NCBI GenBank assembly: GCA_024401365.1
Contig: JAKSLE010000009.1
Span: 61,818-125,817, forward strand
Direction of reading: 5' to 3'
Length of the DNA: 64,000 nucleotides
Source: Bacteroidales bacterium
GTDB lineage: Bacteria; Bacteroidota; Bacteroidia; Bacteroidales; Marinilabiliaceae
The first letter of the stretch is position 1, and each line of letters opens with the position of its first letter. Under the pieces are notes generated by a model. It was not told the DNA's origin, made no database searches, and worked only from the letters and a program-made list of their open reading frames with translations. Both the position numbers and the translations under genes were made by a program. Positions 37,787-51,458 of this stretch are shown here, in pieces.

Positions 37787-40060
37787 ATGCTTAACGTAGA
37801 AACATCATTCCTTACAGAAAATCGCAGTGTGTACGATTTTCTTAACCAGCCTGGTCAGGGATTGTATATTCCTTTGTATCAGCGTGATTATAGTTGGGAT
37901 TCAGATAATATAGAGCAGTTGCTTGAGGATATATCTAGAGGTATACAGAGAATCGCCAATGGCGAAGTAACTGATGATAATAAGGAGATACGTTTCCTTG
38001 GAACGATTATTACTGTTATCGAAAATAATCGCCAGAATATATATCCTGTGGACCCGCAGGCTGTACCTTCTAAGATTGAAAAGATTATTGATGGACAACA
38101 GCGTGTTTCTACTATTACGTTAATGTCAACTATTCTTCTAAAACGATTGCTAGACATCAAAGCAAGAGTAAAGGAGAATAACCCTTTGCATAATGAAATA
38201 TGTGAGATTTGTGATATTTGGGATGCTAAGTTAAAACCTCTTTTCTGCTTTGACTTGCAGCGAGGAACGCCTAAATTAAAGCCAAAGGTAATACGAGGAG
38301 CCATTGATTATTGGACTCGAGATAGAGGTGTTGACGAAGCCTATAAGTCTCCATTGTCAAACTACTTGGGGAATTTCATTAAAGCATATTGTGATGGTAC
38401 GGCTCTTCCAATAGTACCCAAGCAGAGCGAGGGGAATAACTTGCTACATAAAAATGCCAAACAGATTAAAAACTGGCTTGAGAATGATGTAGCAAAAGCT
38501 CATATTAACGATAATGATGATAATTTCTCAAGAGCAGAAATGATTCTTGAACATCTATCTCAAGATATGATTTGGGAGTATGATAGGCCAGAGTTGGTGG
38601 ATATCATAAGACAAGCAGACTTTAGTTCAAATAAAAAAGATTCATATATTCTCAGTGAGCTAGTTCAGACAATTGCAGTTTGTCACTATCTCTTGGACCG
38701 TTGCTGTTTTACAATAATTCAACCAACGGATGACGATTGGGCATTCGATATGTTCCAGTCATTGAATGCGACTGGAACACCATTGACTGCTATAGAGACA
38801 TTTAAGCCTACTGTTGTTAATACAACAGATAATGAGCCCGGATACCAATTCAAGGATTCTGAGTGTGAGAAGTATTTCAAAAAAGTTGAGGATTTCTTAT
38901 CGAAGGCACCAAATGCTCAACAAAAGAATAAATGGACGAATGATTTCTTGACCTCTTTCTTTGTCGCATATGATGGTAGAACCATGTCTACTCATTTTAG
39001 CTATCAAAGGAAGGCTCTTGATGCGGCGTACAATGAGCTTCCTTCATTTGCCCAGAAAGAGCAGTTCGTTAAGACATTTGGCAACTATGCAGAATTCTAC
39101 TCTACGTGGATGAGCTATACAGGAGTTGATGGCGCACTGTTCCCTAGAATCGTTGGACTTGATGCTGATATCGCTTCGATGATTATTCTAATGCTCAAGG
39201 AGTCTAATCATAAGATGGCTATCACAGTACTAGGAAAGATGTATGAGCCTGTTATTAATGGCGAATTGCAAGCTGTTGATAGATTTGTGCACTCAGTCAA
39301 GTTGATAGGTTCTTATTTCTTCTTATGGAGGTCAGCTTGGCCCAATTCAGGATTGGATACTTCTTACCGTGAGTTTTTTAAATATCTAAAGAACAATGGC
39401 AAGTCAGTTGATATTTATGAAATTAAACGATTCATAAAGGAGTCTCTTGCTAAGAAAGGTATTACTGATTATGCTTCATGGAGATCTTTGGCATTATCAT
39501 ATTTGAGATATGCTAATGCGAATAATACTATTGTTCGTTTGGCTTTGTTAGCAGCAGCTCATGATACACAACCAGACAATGGTTCAATAAAAGAGGGTAG
39601 AGACGGCATATCTCCATATTTGACACTTGAGAAATGGATATCCCCAGATCTAAGAACTATAGAGCATATTTCGCCGCAGTCCAATGTTAATGACAAGTGG
39701 GATACATCGTTATATACAGATGCCAAAGAGTATCAAACGCTCGGTAATCTCACGCTTTTGCCACAGGATATTAATTCGTCCGCTGGCAATCGCGGATGGG
39801 AAGAAAAACAGTTATACTATGAGTGTGTTTCTCAGACAGATTCTTTAGTTATTGATAGTATTAGAAATAGAGCTTTGGCAAAGGGGTTCTCTCTTAATGA
39901 ACAAACACTTGAGTTACTAAAGAATTGTCGGTACAATAAGCACATAGATTCCATTGCGAAGAAACCTGATTCAATAGCGTGGGATTCGGCTCTTGTGAGC
40001 AGAAGAACAGAAGACATTCTGTCTATAGCATGGAAGCGTCTTTCTTTTGCTTTGGACTAG
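37787..40060 (+). CDS. DUF262 (N-terminal) + DUF1524/HNH-like (C-terminal) protein, SspE-like effector
   Basis: LYQRDYSW, IIDGQQRVSTITL and FQSLNATGTPLT (DUF262); TIEHISPQS...LGNLTLLPQDINSSAGN (DUF1524). Confidence 0.75.
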   Translation: MLNVETSFLTENRSVYDFLNQPGQGLYIPLYQRDYSWDSDNIEQLLEDISRGIQRIANGEVTDDNKEIRFLGTIITVIENNRQNIYPVDPQAVPSKIEKIIDGQQRVSTITLMSTILLKRLLDIKARVKENNPLHNEICEICDIWDAKLKPLFCFDLQRGTPKLKPKVIRGAIDYWTRDRGVDEAYKSPLSNYLGNFIKAYCDGTALPIVPKQSEGNNLLHKNAKQIKNWLENDVAKAHINDNDDNFSRAEMILEHLSQDMIWEYDRPELVDIIRQADFSSNKKDSYILSELVQTIAVCHYLLDRCCFTIIQPTDDDWAFDMFQSLNATGTPLTAIETFKPTVVNTTDNEPGYQFKDSECEKYFKKVEDFLSKAPNAQQKNKWTNDFLTSFFVAYDGRTMSTHFSYQRKALDAAYNELPSFAQKEQFVKTFGNYAEFYSTWMSYTGVDGALFPRIVGLDADIASMIILMLKESNHKMAITVLGKMYEPVINGELQAVDRFVHSVKLIGSYFFLWRSAWPNSGLDTSYREFFKYLKNNGKSVDIYEIKRFIKESLAKKGITDYASWRSLALSYLRYANANNTIVRLALLAAAHDTQPDNGSIKEGRDGISPYLTLEKWISPDLRTIEHISPQSNVNDKWDTSLYTDAKEYQTLGNLTLLPQDINSSAGNRGWEEKQLYYECVSQTDSLVIDSIRNRALAKGFSLNEQTLELLKNCRYNKHIDSIAKKPDSIAWDSALVSRRTEDILSIAWKRLSFALD

Positions 40061-40069
40061 TTGATGAAT

Positions 40070-40097
40070 AAGGGCGCGTTTAGCGTGCTCTTATTTT
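40070..40097 (+). terminator. Intrinsic terminator of the ssp-like operon
   Basis: 9-bp stem AAGGGCGCG/CGTGCTCTT (two G-U pairs), loop TTTAG, then ATTTT. Confidence 0.5.
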
Positions 40098-40287
40098 GGC
40101 TTGCATACTAATTACAATAGAAAGAAATAGGTTGTTGCTCACTACGAAGTGCGTGCGTATTTCTTGGTAGATATACCATGTTGGTAAGATTTAGTCCAAG
40201 GTATTGTATGCTTCCCCGAAGTAAGACTAGTTGTGCTAGGGGCTGCAGGGGGATGAGTGTCTTTGTGTTGCAAGGTGTTGTAAAAGA

Positions 40288-40333
40288 CATCGGGCAATCC
40301 GGTCTGTATGGGGTGAGACGGGATTGCCCGATG
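40288..40333 (-). terminator. Long hairpin downstream of lacZ at the right island junction
   Basis: Perfect 13-bp arms CATCGGGCAATCC / GGATTGCCCGATG, extendable by 4 more bp around one mismatch. Confidence 0.5.
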
Positions 40334-40358
40334 GTGGGGTATTAGGGAGGAGGAGTTG

Positions 40359-44377
<4,019 letters not shown>

Positions 44378-44387
44378 GGCATGTGTA

Positions 44388-46106
44388 TTAGTTAGTCTTG
44401 CTATTGCTCATACGTTTGTCGCCTGCGTGGCTTTTAACAGTACCGTTGAGCAACCCCTCGTAGCGAGCCTTATCCTTCAAGACCTTGATCGCCTCGTCGA
44501 CCTCCTTATCGTATCTTAGGCCATGAGCCAAACCGCCGGCGCGGTAATACTTATTGACCATGATTTCAGACTCTACGAGTTCCTTGATTTCGTCTTTGTT
44601 TATTTCGAGATCCTTTTCGAGTTGAGGTTTAAGGCTGGTACGCAACTGATCGAACAAAGCGGTATTCTCGTCGAAATACTTATCGGACTTAGCTGCTTTT
44701 TCGAGAGCCTTTACGGCTTCGAAGGTACGGCTCTTGTACTCGAACTTAGGGTAGTTGGCCACGTACTTACAGAAATCGGCGAATTCCGCATCGGACAAAG
44801 AGAAAGTCTTGTAGTCGGCCACCTGAGGATGTGTGCGTACGTAATCCACTGCGTAGAAGAAAGGGATATTGAAAGCCAAGAGAGATACGCTTATGTTGGA
44901 ATACTTTTCAGGTTCGAGGTAGATATCGGGAGAGATGCCGCCGCCGTCGTATACTGTACGACCGTGGAGGGTCTTGAATTCGGAGATAAGGGAATCTGGG
45001 ACATAACCCACGGCGCCTGATTCGTCGCGGTGAGAATAGTCGAGAGCCTGGATACAGCGGCCAGAAGGGATATAGTACTTAGCCGTTGTAAGTTTAAGGG
45101 CGTTATTGTATTCTATTTCGCGAGTTGTCTGTACGAGGCCCTTACCGTAGGAACGCTGACCTATGATTACGGCGCGGTCCATATCCTGGAGGGAACCGCT
45201 GACGATTTCTGCTGCAGAAGCAGAAGCGCGGTTGACCATCACCACCATAGGTATTATAGTATCCAAAGGATTAGCTGTAGCGGTGTAAGTGCGGTTGTTT
45301 ATCTGCACGCGGCCCTTGGTTGTGAGGATTTTTGAGCCACGAGGGATGAACAAGTTGGCCAATTTCAGAGACTCATCGAGGAGTCCGCCTGGGTTAGCGC
45401 GCAAATCAAGGATAAGTGAAGTAGCGCCCTGCTCCTTGAGAGATTTCACGTTACGAGCCACCTCCTCGGCGCAATTAGTAGTAAAGCTTGTAAGGAGGAT
45501 ATAACCTACGTTGCCATCGAGGACTGTGCTATATGGAACAGCGTTAAGTTGGATTTTCTGGCGATGAGCTACGGTTGATATCTCCTTTCCATCGCGGAGG
45601 AGTTTGATTTTGCAATCTGTATCAGGTTTACCGCGGAGGAGGTCGCTTACGTCAGACACGGACTTATTGCGTACGTCCACGCCAGCCACTTCGATAAATC
45701 GGTCGCCAGGTTTAAGGCCAGCCTTATGAGCGGGCATATCGGGGTATACCTCGCGCACCATTACATACAAAGAAGTATCGCTCAAGGATATAATAGAACC
45801 CACGCCGCCGTACTCGCCTGTAGTTTGGAGTTTGAAATCCTCCATATCCTCGTGAGGGATATAGTTGGTATAAGGATCGAGGCTCTTGAGCATATTATCA
45901 ATAGCCGTCTTGATAAGCTTTTTAGAATCGATGTCGTCGACATAAGACATACTAAGCTCCTTGAAGAGCGAATGGAATATATCTAGGTTTTGTACTACCT
46001 CGAAGTTTTTCTTGTCACCCTTAAAAGCGGTGAAACAAGCACCTAGTGTAAATGCTATGCCGATTATACCAGCGACTTTCAGTATGCGAACTATACTTTT
46101 TCTCAT
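44388..46106 (-). CDS. S41-family carboxy-terminal processing peptidase
   Basis: PDZ segment (GLKPGDRFIEV), NRASASAAEI and SYGKGLVQ catalytic motifs. Confidence 0.85.
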   Translation of the reverse strand: MRKSIVRILKVAGIIGIAFTLGACFTAFKGDKKNFEVVQNLDIFHSLFKELSMSYVDDIDSKKLIKTAIDNMLKSLDPYTNYIPHEDMEDFKLQTTGEYGGVGSIISLSDTSLYVMVREVYPDMPAHKAGLKPGDRFIEVAGVDVRNKSVSDVSDLLRGKPDTDCKIKLLRDGKEISTVAHRQKIQLNAVPYSTVLDGNVGYILLTSFTTNCAEEVARNVKSLKEQGATSLILDLRANPGGLLDESLKLANLFIPRGSKILTTKGRVQINNRTYTATANPLDTIIPMVVMVNRASASAAEIVSGSLQDMDRAVIIGQRSYGKGLVQTTREIEYNNALKLTTAKYYIPSGRCIQALDYSHRDESGAVGYVPDSLISEFKTLHGRTVYDGGGISPDIYLEPEKYSNISVSLLAFNIPFFYAVDYVRTHPQVADYKTFSLSDAEFADFCKYVANYPKFEYKSRTFEAVKALEKAAKSDKYFDENTALFDQLRTSLKPQLEKDLEINKDEIKELVESEIMVNKYYRAGGLAHGLRYDKEVDEAIKVLKDKARYEGLLNGTVKSHAGDKRMSNSKTN

Positions 46107-46192
46107 CAGTTGTCTCTATCTAGATTTCTAATTTTTGCAAATGTAATAAATTCTTAAATAGAGGGGCAATAAATAGGCGACAATTATAAACG

Positions 46193-46225
46193 AAAAAACC
46201 CCTGTCTGATGGACAGAGGTTTAAA
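46193..46225 (-). terminator. Intrinsic terminator after asd
   Basis: On the minus strand, CCTCTGTC/GACAGGGG stem (one G-U pair) followed by TTTTTT. Confidence 0.55.
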
Positions 46226-46246
46226 AATTAGAGCGTATGTAAAGAA

Positions 46247-47254
46247 TTACTTCTTGTTCTTGATGAGCCACTCAGCGATTTGCACTGCGTTGAGAGCTGC
46301 GCCCTTCTTGATCTGGTCGGAAACCAACCAGAATGAGAGGCCGTTAGGATTAGAGAGATCGGCGCGAACGCGACCGATGTGAACAGGGTCCTTACCTGCG
46401 AGGAAGAGAGGCATAGGGTAAACCTTGTTAGCTGGGTCATCCATGAGGACTACGCCCTCAGCCTTAGAGAATGCCTCCTTAGCCTGTGCTGGAGTAACTG
46501 GAGACTCCATCTCGCACCAGATAGCCTCTGAGTGAGAACGCATAACTGGGATACGAACGCAAGTTGCTGAAACCTGAATATCAGAGTGCATAATCTTGCG
46601 AGTCTCGTTGAACATCTTCATCTCCTCCTTTGTGTAGTCGTTATCGAGGAATACGTCGACTTGAGGGATGATGTTCATAGCGAGCTGATACTGGAACTTC
46701 TTAGCCTCGACTGGCTTACCAGCTACTACGTCCTTAACCTGCTGCTCGAGCTCGGCCATACCTGTTGCACCTGCACCAGAAGCGGCCTGATATGTTGCTA
46801 CGTGTACACGCTTGATGTGGCTGATCTGCTCAATAGCCTTGAGAGCTACAACCATCATGATTGTTGTACAGTTAGGGTTAGCGATTACGTTACGAGGTGT
46901 ATTGAGAGCATCTGTAGGGTTAACCTCAGGTACTACCAAAGGTACATCAGTATCCATACGGAAAGCGCTTGAGTTATCGATCATGATAGCACCGTACTTA
47001 GTGATATCCTTTTCGAACTCCTTAGATACACCAGCACCAGCAGAAGCGAGAACGATATCAACGCCTTTGAAATCGTCTGTATCGTGCTTAAGTTCCTTAA
47101 CGGTAAGTTCCTTACCACGGAAAGTGTACTTACGGCCAGCACTGCGCTCTGAGCCGAACAATACCAACTCATCGAGAGGGAAGTTTCTCTCGTCCAATAC
47201 CTTTAGGAACTCCTGTCCTACGGCACCACTTGTACCTACAATAGCTACTTTCAT
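46247..47254 (-). CDS. asd: Aspartate-semialdehyde dehydrogenase
   Basis: [16 protein letters not shown] and active-site NPNCTTI. Start moved to the internal ATG. Confidence 0.9.
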   Translation of the reverse strand: MKVAIVGTSGAVGQEFLKVLDERNFPLDELVLFGSERSAGRKYTFRGKELTVKELKHDTDDFKGVDIVLASAGAGVSKEFEKDITKYGAIMIDNSSAFRMDTDVPLVVPEVNPTDALNTPRNVIANPNCTTIMMVVALKAIEQISHIKRVHVATYQAASGAGATGMAELEQQVKDVVAGKPVEAKKFQYQLAMNIIPQVDVFLDNDYTKEEMKMFNETRKIMHSDIQVSATCVRIPVMRSHSEAIWCEMESPVTPAQAKEAFSKAEGVVLMDDPANKVYPMPLFLAGKDPVHIGRVRADLSNPNGLSFWLVSDQIKKGAALNAVQIAEWLIKNKK

Positions 47255-47337
47255 TGTTATGTAATTTGCGTTTCTTTTTGTGTGCAAATATAATGCTTGT
47301 TGTTTAATTTTCAACTAGCATTAAGCATATTTAACTG

Positions 47338-48141
47338 TTATACGCCAGAGAAACTTGAGAAACCGCCGTCGACAGGGATGATAGTACCTGTTACGAAGCT
47401 AGCCTCTTCGGAGCAGAGGAATGCTACGATACCGTTAAGTTCGCTGATATCGCCGAAGCGGCGCATAGGAGTTTTAGCTATAACCTTGTGGCTACGTTCT
47501 GTGAGGCTACCATCCTCGTTGATGAGGGCGCGGCGGTTCTGTTCGCCGATGAAGAAACCAGGAGCGATAGCATTGACGCGGATCTTCTCGGAATATTTGA
47601 TAGCCATTTCCTGGGCGAGCCATTTGGTGAGAGCCACAACGCCCTCCTTAGCTACGGCGTATCCCATGACGCGAGTAAGAGCGTCGTAAGCTGCCATAGA
47701 AGATATATTGATGATATTACCGCTCTTCTGCTGAGCCATGATGCGGCCGAAAGCGAGGCAAGGGTAGATAGTACCATAGAGGTTGAGGTCGATTACGCGG
47801 CGTAGGTCCTCATCCTTGATATCGAATACATGCTGGTCGTCCATTACGTTAGCGCCAGCCACGTTACCACCTGCGCAGTTGACGAGGATATCGATATGGC
47901 CATATTTTTTAGACAACTCGATAGCGAGGGCGTCCACTGCGTCCTTGCTAAGTACGTCGCAAGCTGCGCCGTCGACGTTGCCGAGAGATTTCATTTCAGC
48001 GAGGGCTGCATCCACCTTATTTTGGTGAGCGCCTACGATAAATACTTGGGCGCCTGCTGCGAGGAGGCCCTTGCTTATGTTTGAACCAAGTACGCCGCTA
48101 CCACCTGTAACGACAGCTACTTTACCTTCTAACTTCTTCAT
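47338..48141 (-). CDS. uxuB: SDR-family oxidoreductase, probably D-mannonate oxidoreductase
   Basis: TGGSGVLG cofactor motif and the Y...K catalytic pair; adjacent to uxuA. Confidence 0.6.
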   Translation of the reverse strand: MKKLEGKVAVVTGGSGVLGSNISKGLLAAGAQVFIVGAHQNKVDAALAEMKSLGNVDGAACDVLSKDAVDALAIELSKKYGHIDILVNCAGGNVAGANVMDDQHVFDIKDEDLRRVIDLNLYGTIYPCLAFGRIMAQQKSGNIINISSMAAYDALTRVMGYAVAKEGVVALTKWLAQEMAIKYSEKIRVNAIAPGFFIGEQNRRALINEDGSLTERSHKVIAKTPMRRFGDISELNGIVAFLCSEEASFVTGTIIPVDGGFSSFSGV

Positions 48142-48155
48142 TTTATTATAAACTA

Positions 48156-49340
48156 TTACTTATGATCTGTTGTGTGGCCCTGGCGCACCATAGCCATCAT
48201 GCCATCTACCTGAGCGAGAGCGTACATACGGCCGTGGAAAGAGTAGCCAGCATTGTAGCCCTTATCCTCGTCGCCAAGCATCATACGACCATGGTCTACG
48301 CGCATTGGGACATCCGCCTTAGCGTTCTCCTCGAAGAAGCATACGAGATCGGCAACATTAGCACGACCGCCGGTATGGAGAGCCTCGATGAAGTTGCCAT
48401 CAGGGGTAGCCATTGTAGAGCGGAGGTGAATGAAGTGGATGCGGTCGATGAACTCGCGAGCCATAGCTGGCACGTCGTTATGGAGGCCTGCAGAGAGAGA
48501 GCCTGCGCAGAATGTGAGGCCGTTGTGTACGTTAGGCACTGCGTTGAGGAACCAGCGGATATCCTCGGCGCAAGTCACGATACGAGGCAGGCCGAGCAAT
48601 TGGAATGGAGGATCATCAGGGTGCACGCACATATTGATACCCCACTTATCGCAAGTTGGCATGATTTTCTCGAGCCAGTACTTCATATTATTACGCAATG
48701 TATCGCGGTCGATACCCTTATAGAGAGCGAGGAGATCCTTGAATTTCTTAACAGGGTTATTATCCTCCTCGGAGATATTACCATTAACGAAGCCCTGAGT
48801 CTTGATGATGATATTCTCTACGAGTTGCTGGCGGAATTCGTCGGTAGCTGTCTTATGCATAGCATCTACGCGGGCCAATTCGGCTGGGGAGTAGCTATCG
48901 CGTGCGCCCTCACGTTCGAGGATATATATTTCGAAATAAGCGAACTCTGTACGGTTGAAGTACAAAGAAGAAGTACCATCGGGCCAAGGGTGTTCGAGGT
49001 CGGTACGAACCCAGTCGATAACAGGCATGAAGTTGTAGCAAACCGTCTTTACGCCTGCGCGGCCGAGGTTTTCGAGAGAGATGATATACTTTTCGATAAG
49101 TTCGTCGCGGTCAGGGCCACCATATTTGATAGACTCCATAACAGGGAGGCTCTCGACTACGCTCCAGCGGAGACCTGCGCGCTCGATGTAGGTCTTAAGG
49201 TCCATGATATCCTCGTAAGTCCAGATATCGCCGTTCTTGATTTGGTGGAGAGCAGTTACGATACCCTCGACGCCAATCTGACGGAGCATTTGAAGGGAGA
49301 TTTTATCGTTTTTCCCGAACCAACGCCATGTCTTTTCCAT
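48156..49340 (-). CDS. uxuA: Mannonate dehydratase
   Basis: N-terminus MEKTWRWFG and 394-aa length typical of UxuA. Confidence 0.85.
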   Translation of the reverse strand: MEKTWRWFGKNDKISLQMLRQIGVEGIVTALHQIKNGDIWTYEDIMDLKTYIERAGLRWSVVESLPVMESIKYGGPDRDELIEKYIISLENLGRAGVKTVCYNFMPVIDWVRTDLEHPWPDGTSSLYFNRTEFAYFEIYILEREGARDSYSPAELARVDAMHKTATDEFRQQLVENIIIKTQGFVNGNISEEDNNPVKKFKDLLALYKGIDRDTLRNNMKYWLEKIMPTCDKWGINMCVHPDDPPFQLLGLPRIVTCAEDIRWFLNAVPNVHNGLTFCAGSLSAGLHNDVPAMAREFIDRIHFIHLRSTMATPDGNFIEALHTGGRANVADLVCFFEENAKADVPMRVDHGRMMLGDEDKGYNAGYSFHGRMYALAQVDGMMAMVRQGHTTDHK

Positions 49341-49500
49341 AGTATATGATTGTGTTTTAAGATTATTTGTTTTCTAAGGCGCAAAGATAGGGGATAATTC
49401 CCAAAAGCAACTCTCTAATAGACAGATTCTAATGATAATTTGAGTTAAAAATGCAGTAATAAGGTCGAGTTTATATGAAATGTTATGTTTTTTGCTCAAC

Positions 49501-50553
49501 CTATACCCATCGATAGTTCACCTTATGGCATAAAAAGCGGATTATGTGAGCCATCAAAAATGTAGAGACGATAGACAAGACAGTAGTAATAGGGACGAGC
49601 AACTCGGGGCATAATCCCGAGCCCTCCAACAGCTTAGTACAATATACGACTGGGAAAGGGTGGATAACATACGCTAAGAAAGAGTCGCCCGCCATTGCCA
49701 GCCAAAACGGGTTAGGGCGGTTGAAGTAGGCTTTACCTAAGGCGAGCAACAGATATGAGACAGCCACGCAAGAGACAGCCTCCCAGAGAGAATAAGCGAG
49801 AGATACCACATTCAATCCTCCAGACGTACCCTCAACATTAGAGACAGCTACAGATAACATGGTGAGCCATGCTACGAAAGCTATACCCAGCCATAGATAA
49901 CCCCTGCGAAGGCTAAGGGACTCAAGAGTATTAGCTCTAGCCACCATTATGCCCAAAGCGTAGAAGGCTATATACAGTACAAAATTTGCCAAGGTAATAC
50001 CCATGAAAGACTCATTGGTATGTATGAAGATTCTCAAGACGAACGCCAACAGTCCGGAGACAACAGCGAATATTGCCATTGTGGCGTTATTTATGACAGG
50101 AGTTGGGGCATTATGCTTCAGGCCTCGTGTAAGAATATAGGTCAGCTCGAAGAGAATCAAGGTAAAGACGAACCACATAGGGCCCAGTTCGAAATGGTAT
50201 CCGGCATCGGGTCCCCATATATATATGACCAAGGAAGGGTGAATGACGAATACGTATATGAGCAGAGGGACTATGAGACGGAAAAACCTATCCTTCAAGA
50301 AAGCGCCGACACCCTTTCTGTCGAGAGAAGCTGGGGTGAACAACGCCGAGATGAAAAAGAAGAGGCTCATGAAATAAGACTGGTCTATACCCATCTGGAC
50401 AGAATATATCAAGGCAGACAGGTCCACCAGTCTATTCGGTGAGGTATAATACCATCCGCCAGAGGCTCCGAATCCTATAGCTGTGTGGTGAAAGATTACG
50501 ACACAACAGAGGAAGAGACGGATATAGTCGATATAATAAAGACGTAGTTTCAT
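49501..50553 (-). CDS. Acyltransferase family 3 membrane protein
   Basis: About 10 TM helices and an N-terminal conserved His region (VIFHHT). Confidence 0.65.
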   Translation of the reverse strand: MKLRLYYIDYIRLFLCCVVIFHHTAIGFGASGGWYYTSPNRLVDLSALIYSVQMGIDQSYFMSLFFFISALFTPASLDRKGVGAFLKDRFFRLIVPLLIYVFVIHPSLVIYIWGPDAGYHFELGPMWFVFTLILFELTYILTRGLKHNAPTPVINNATMAIFAVVSGLLAFVLRIFIHTNESFMGITLANFVLYIAFYALGIMVARANTLESLSLRRGYLWLGIAFVAWLTMLSVAVSNVEGTSGGLNVVSLAYSLWEAVSCVAVSYLLLALGKAYFNRPNPFWLAMAGDSFLAYVIHPFPVVYCTKLLEGSGLCPELLVPITTVLSIVSTFLMAHIIRFLCHKVNYRWV

Positions 50554-50578
50554 AGATATGGCTGACAGTTGCGCTATA

Positions 50579-51034
50579 TTAGATAACCTCCAATATCTGT
50601 TGAGCGTGCTCTTTGGTTTTGATTTGTTTAGGGGTAAAGATATGGGTTATTATGCCCTGCTCGTTGACTAAGAACGTTGTGCGGAGGGTGCCCATAGAAG
50701 TTTTTCCGCACATTGTCTTTTCGCCCCATGCGCCGAGAGATTGGAGGAGAGTTGTATCGGTATCAGCGATGAGGTTGAAATTCAGGTCCTGTTTTTCGAT
50801 GAACTTCTGGTGAGAAGAAGCTGAGTCCTTGCTTACGCCGAGGATGGTGTATCCTTTAGAAGCCAGAGCCTCCTTATGGTCGCGCAAAGAGCAAGCCTCG
50901 GCGGTGCAGCCGCTTGTATTATCCTTTGGGTAGGTATATAGGACAAGTTTCTGTCCGAGGAAGTCGGAAGCCTTGATTTCGTTTCCGTTCTGATCCTTAC
51001 CCAATATTTCAGGTATTTTGTCTCCGATTTGCAT
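50579..51034 (-). CDS. bcp: Thiol peroxidase Bcp (peroxiredoxin)
   Basis: YPKDNTSGCTAEAC peroxidatic/resolving Cys motif. Confidence 0.85.
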   Translation of the reverse strand: MQIGDKIPEILGKDQNGNEIKASDFLGQKLVLYTYPKDNTSGCTAEACSLRDHKEALASKGYTILGVSKDSASSHQKFIEKQDLNFNLIADTDTTLLQSLGAWGEKTMCGKTSMGTLRTTFLVNEQGIITHIFTPKQIKTKEHAQQILEVI

Positions 51035-51164
51035 AGTATGAATGATTATTGGTTTTTACAAAGGTAGTAAAATGGTTGATTAGTACCTAATGTTTGTATT
51101 TTGTATTTGCAATGTAAGTACAATGTGTTATATTTGTGCTTCACTAATTAATATATTTAAGGAT

Positions 51165-51458
51165 ATGGCACAGACAACATTAACAATGCGAGTTGATGAT
51201 GAACTCAAGAAAGGGTTTGATAGCCTATGTGAAGATTTTGGGCTAACTAGCACAGCTGCGATTACTCTTTTTATGAAGGCGGTTGTGCGAGAATGTCGAA
51301 TACCATTTGAAATTAAGTCACAAACAAGGAAGCAAGCAAATGATGCAGCCTGGGATGCTTTTGTGAAAATGCGAGAGCAAGCAGCTAGGGCAGGCGTACA
51401 GGACATGTCCCTTGAGGAGATAAATGCGATGATCAAAGAAGTACGTGATGCAGAATAA
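51165..51458 (+). CDS. RelB/DinJ-family antitoxin
   Basis: MAQTTLTMRVDDELKKGFDSLCEDFGLT ribbon-helix-helix start. Start placed at the ATG at 51165. Confidence 0.75.
   Translation: MAQTTLTMRVDDELKKGFDSLCEDFGLTSTAAITLFMKAVVRECRIPFEIKSQTRKQANDAAWDAFVKMREQAARAGVQDMSLEEINAMIKEVRDAE

Larger units (their letters stand above)
25670..40358. other. Accessory/defence island (AbiE, WYL regulator, RAYT, Ssp-like operon)
   Basis: Gene content switches from housekeeping to defence/mobile functions. Spot counts of single 60-nt lines show lower G+C than flanking lacZ. Confidence 0.6.

Noticed and set aside
40108-40290. 60-aa minus-strand ORF in the gap between the ssp-like operon and lacZ
   Set aside because: It is at the minimum length, has no motif, and lies between two terminator-like hairpins.
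48162-49349. 395-aa ORF on the + strand
   Set aside because: It is exactly antisense to uxuA, whose product has a clear family N-terminus. The mirror ORF has no motif and is the typical shadow frame of a GC-richer gene.
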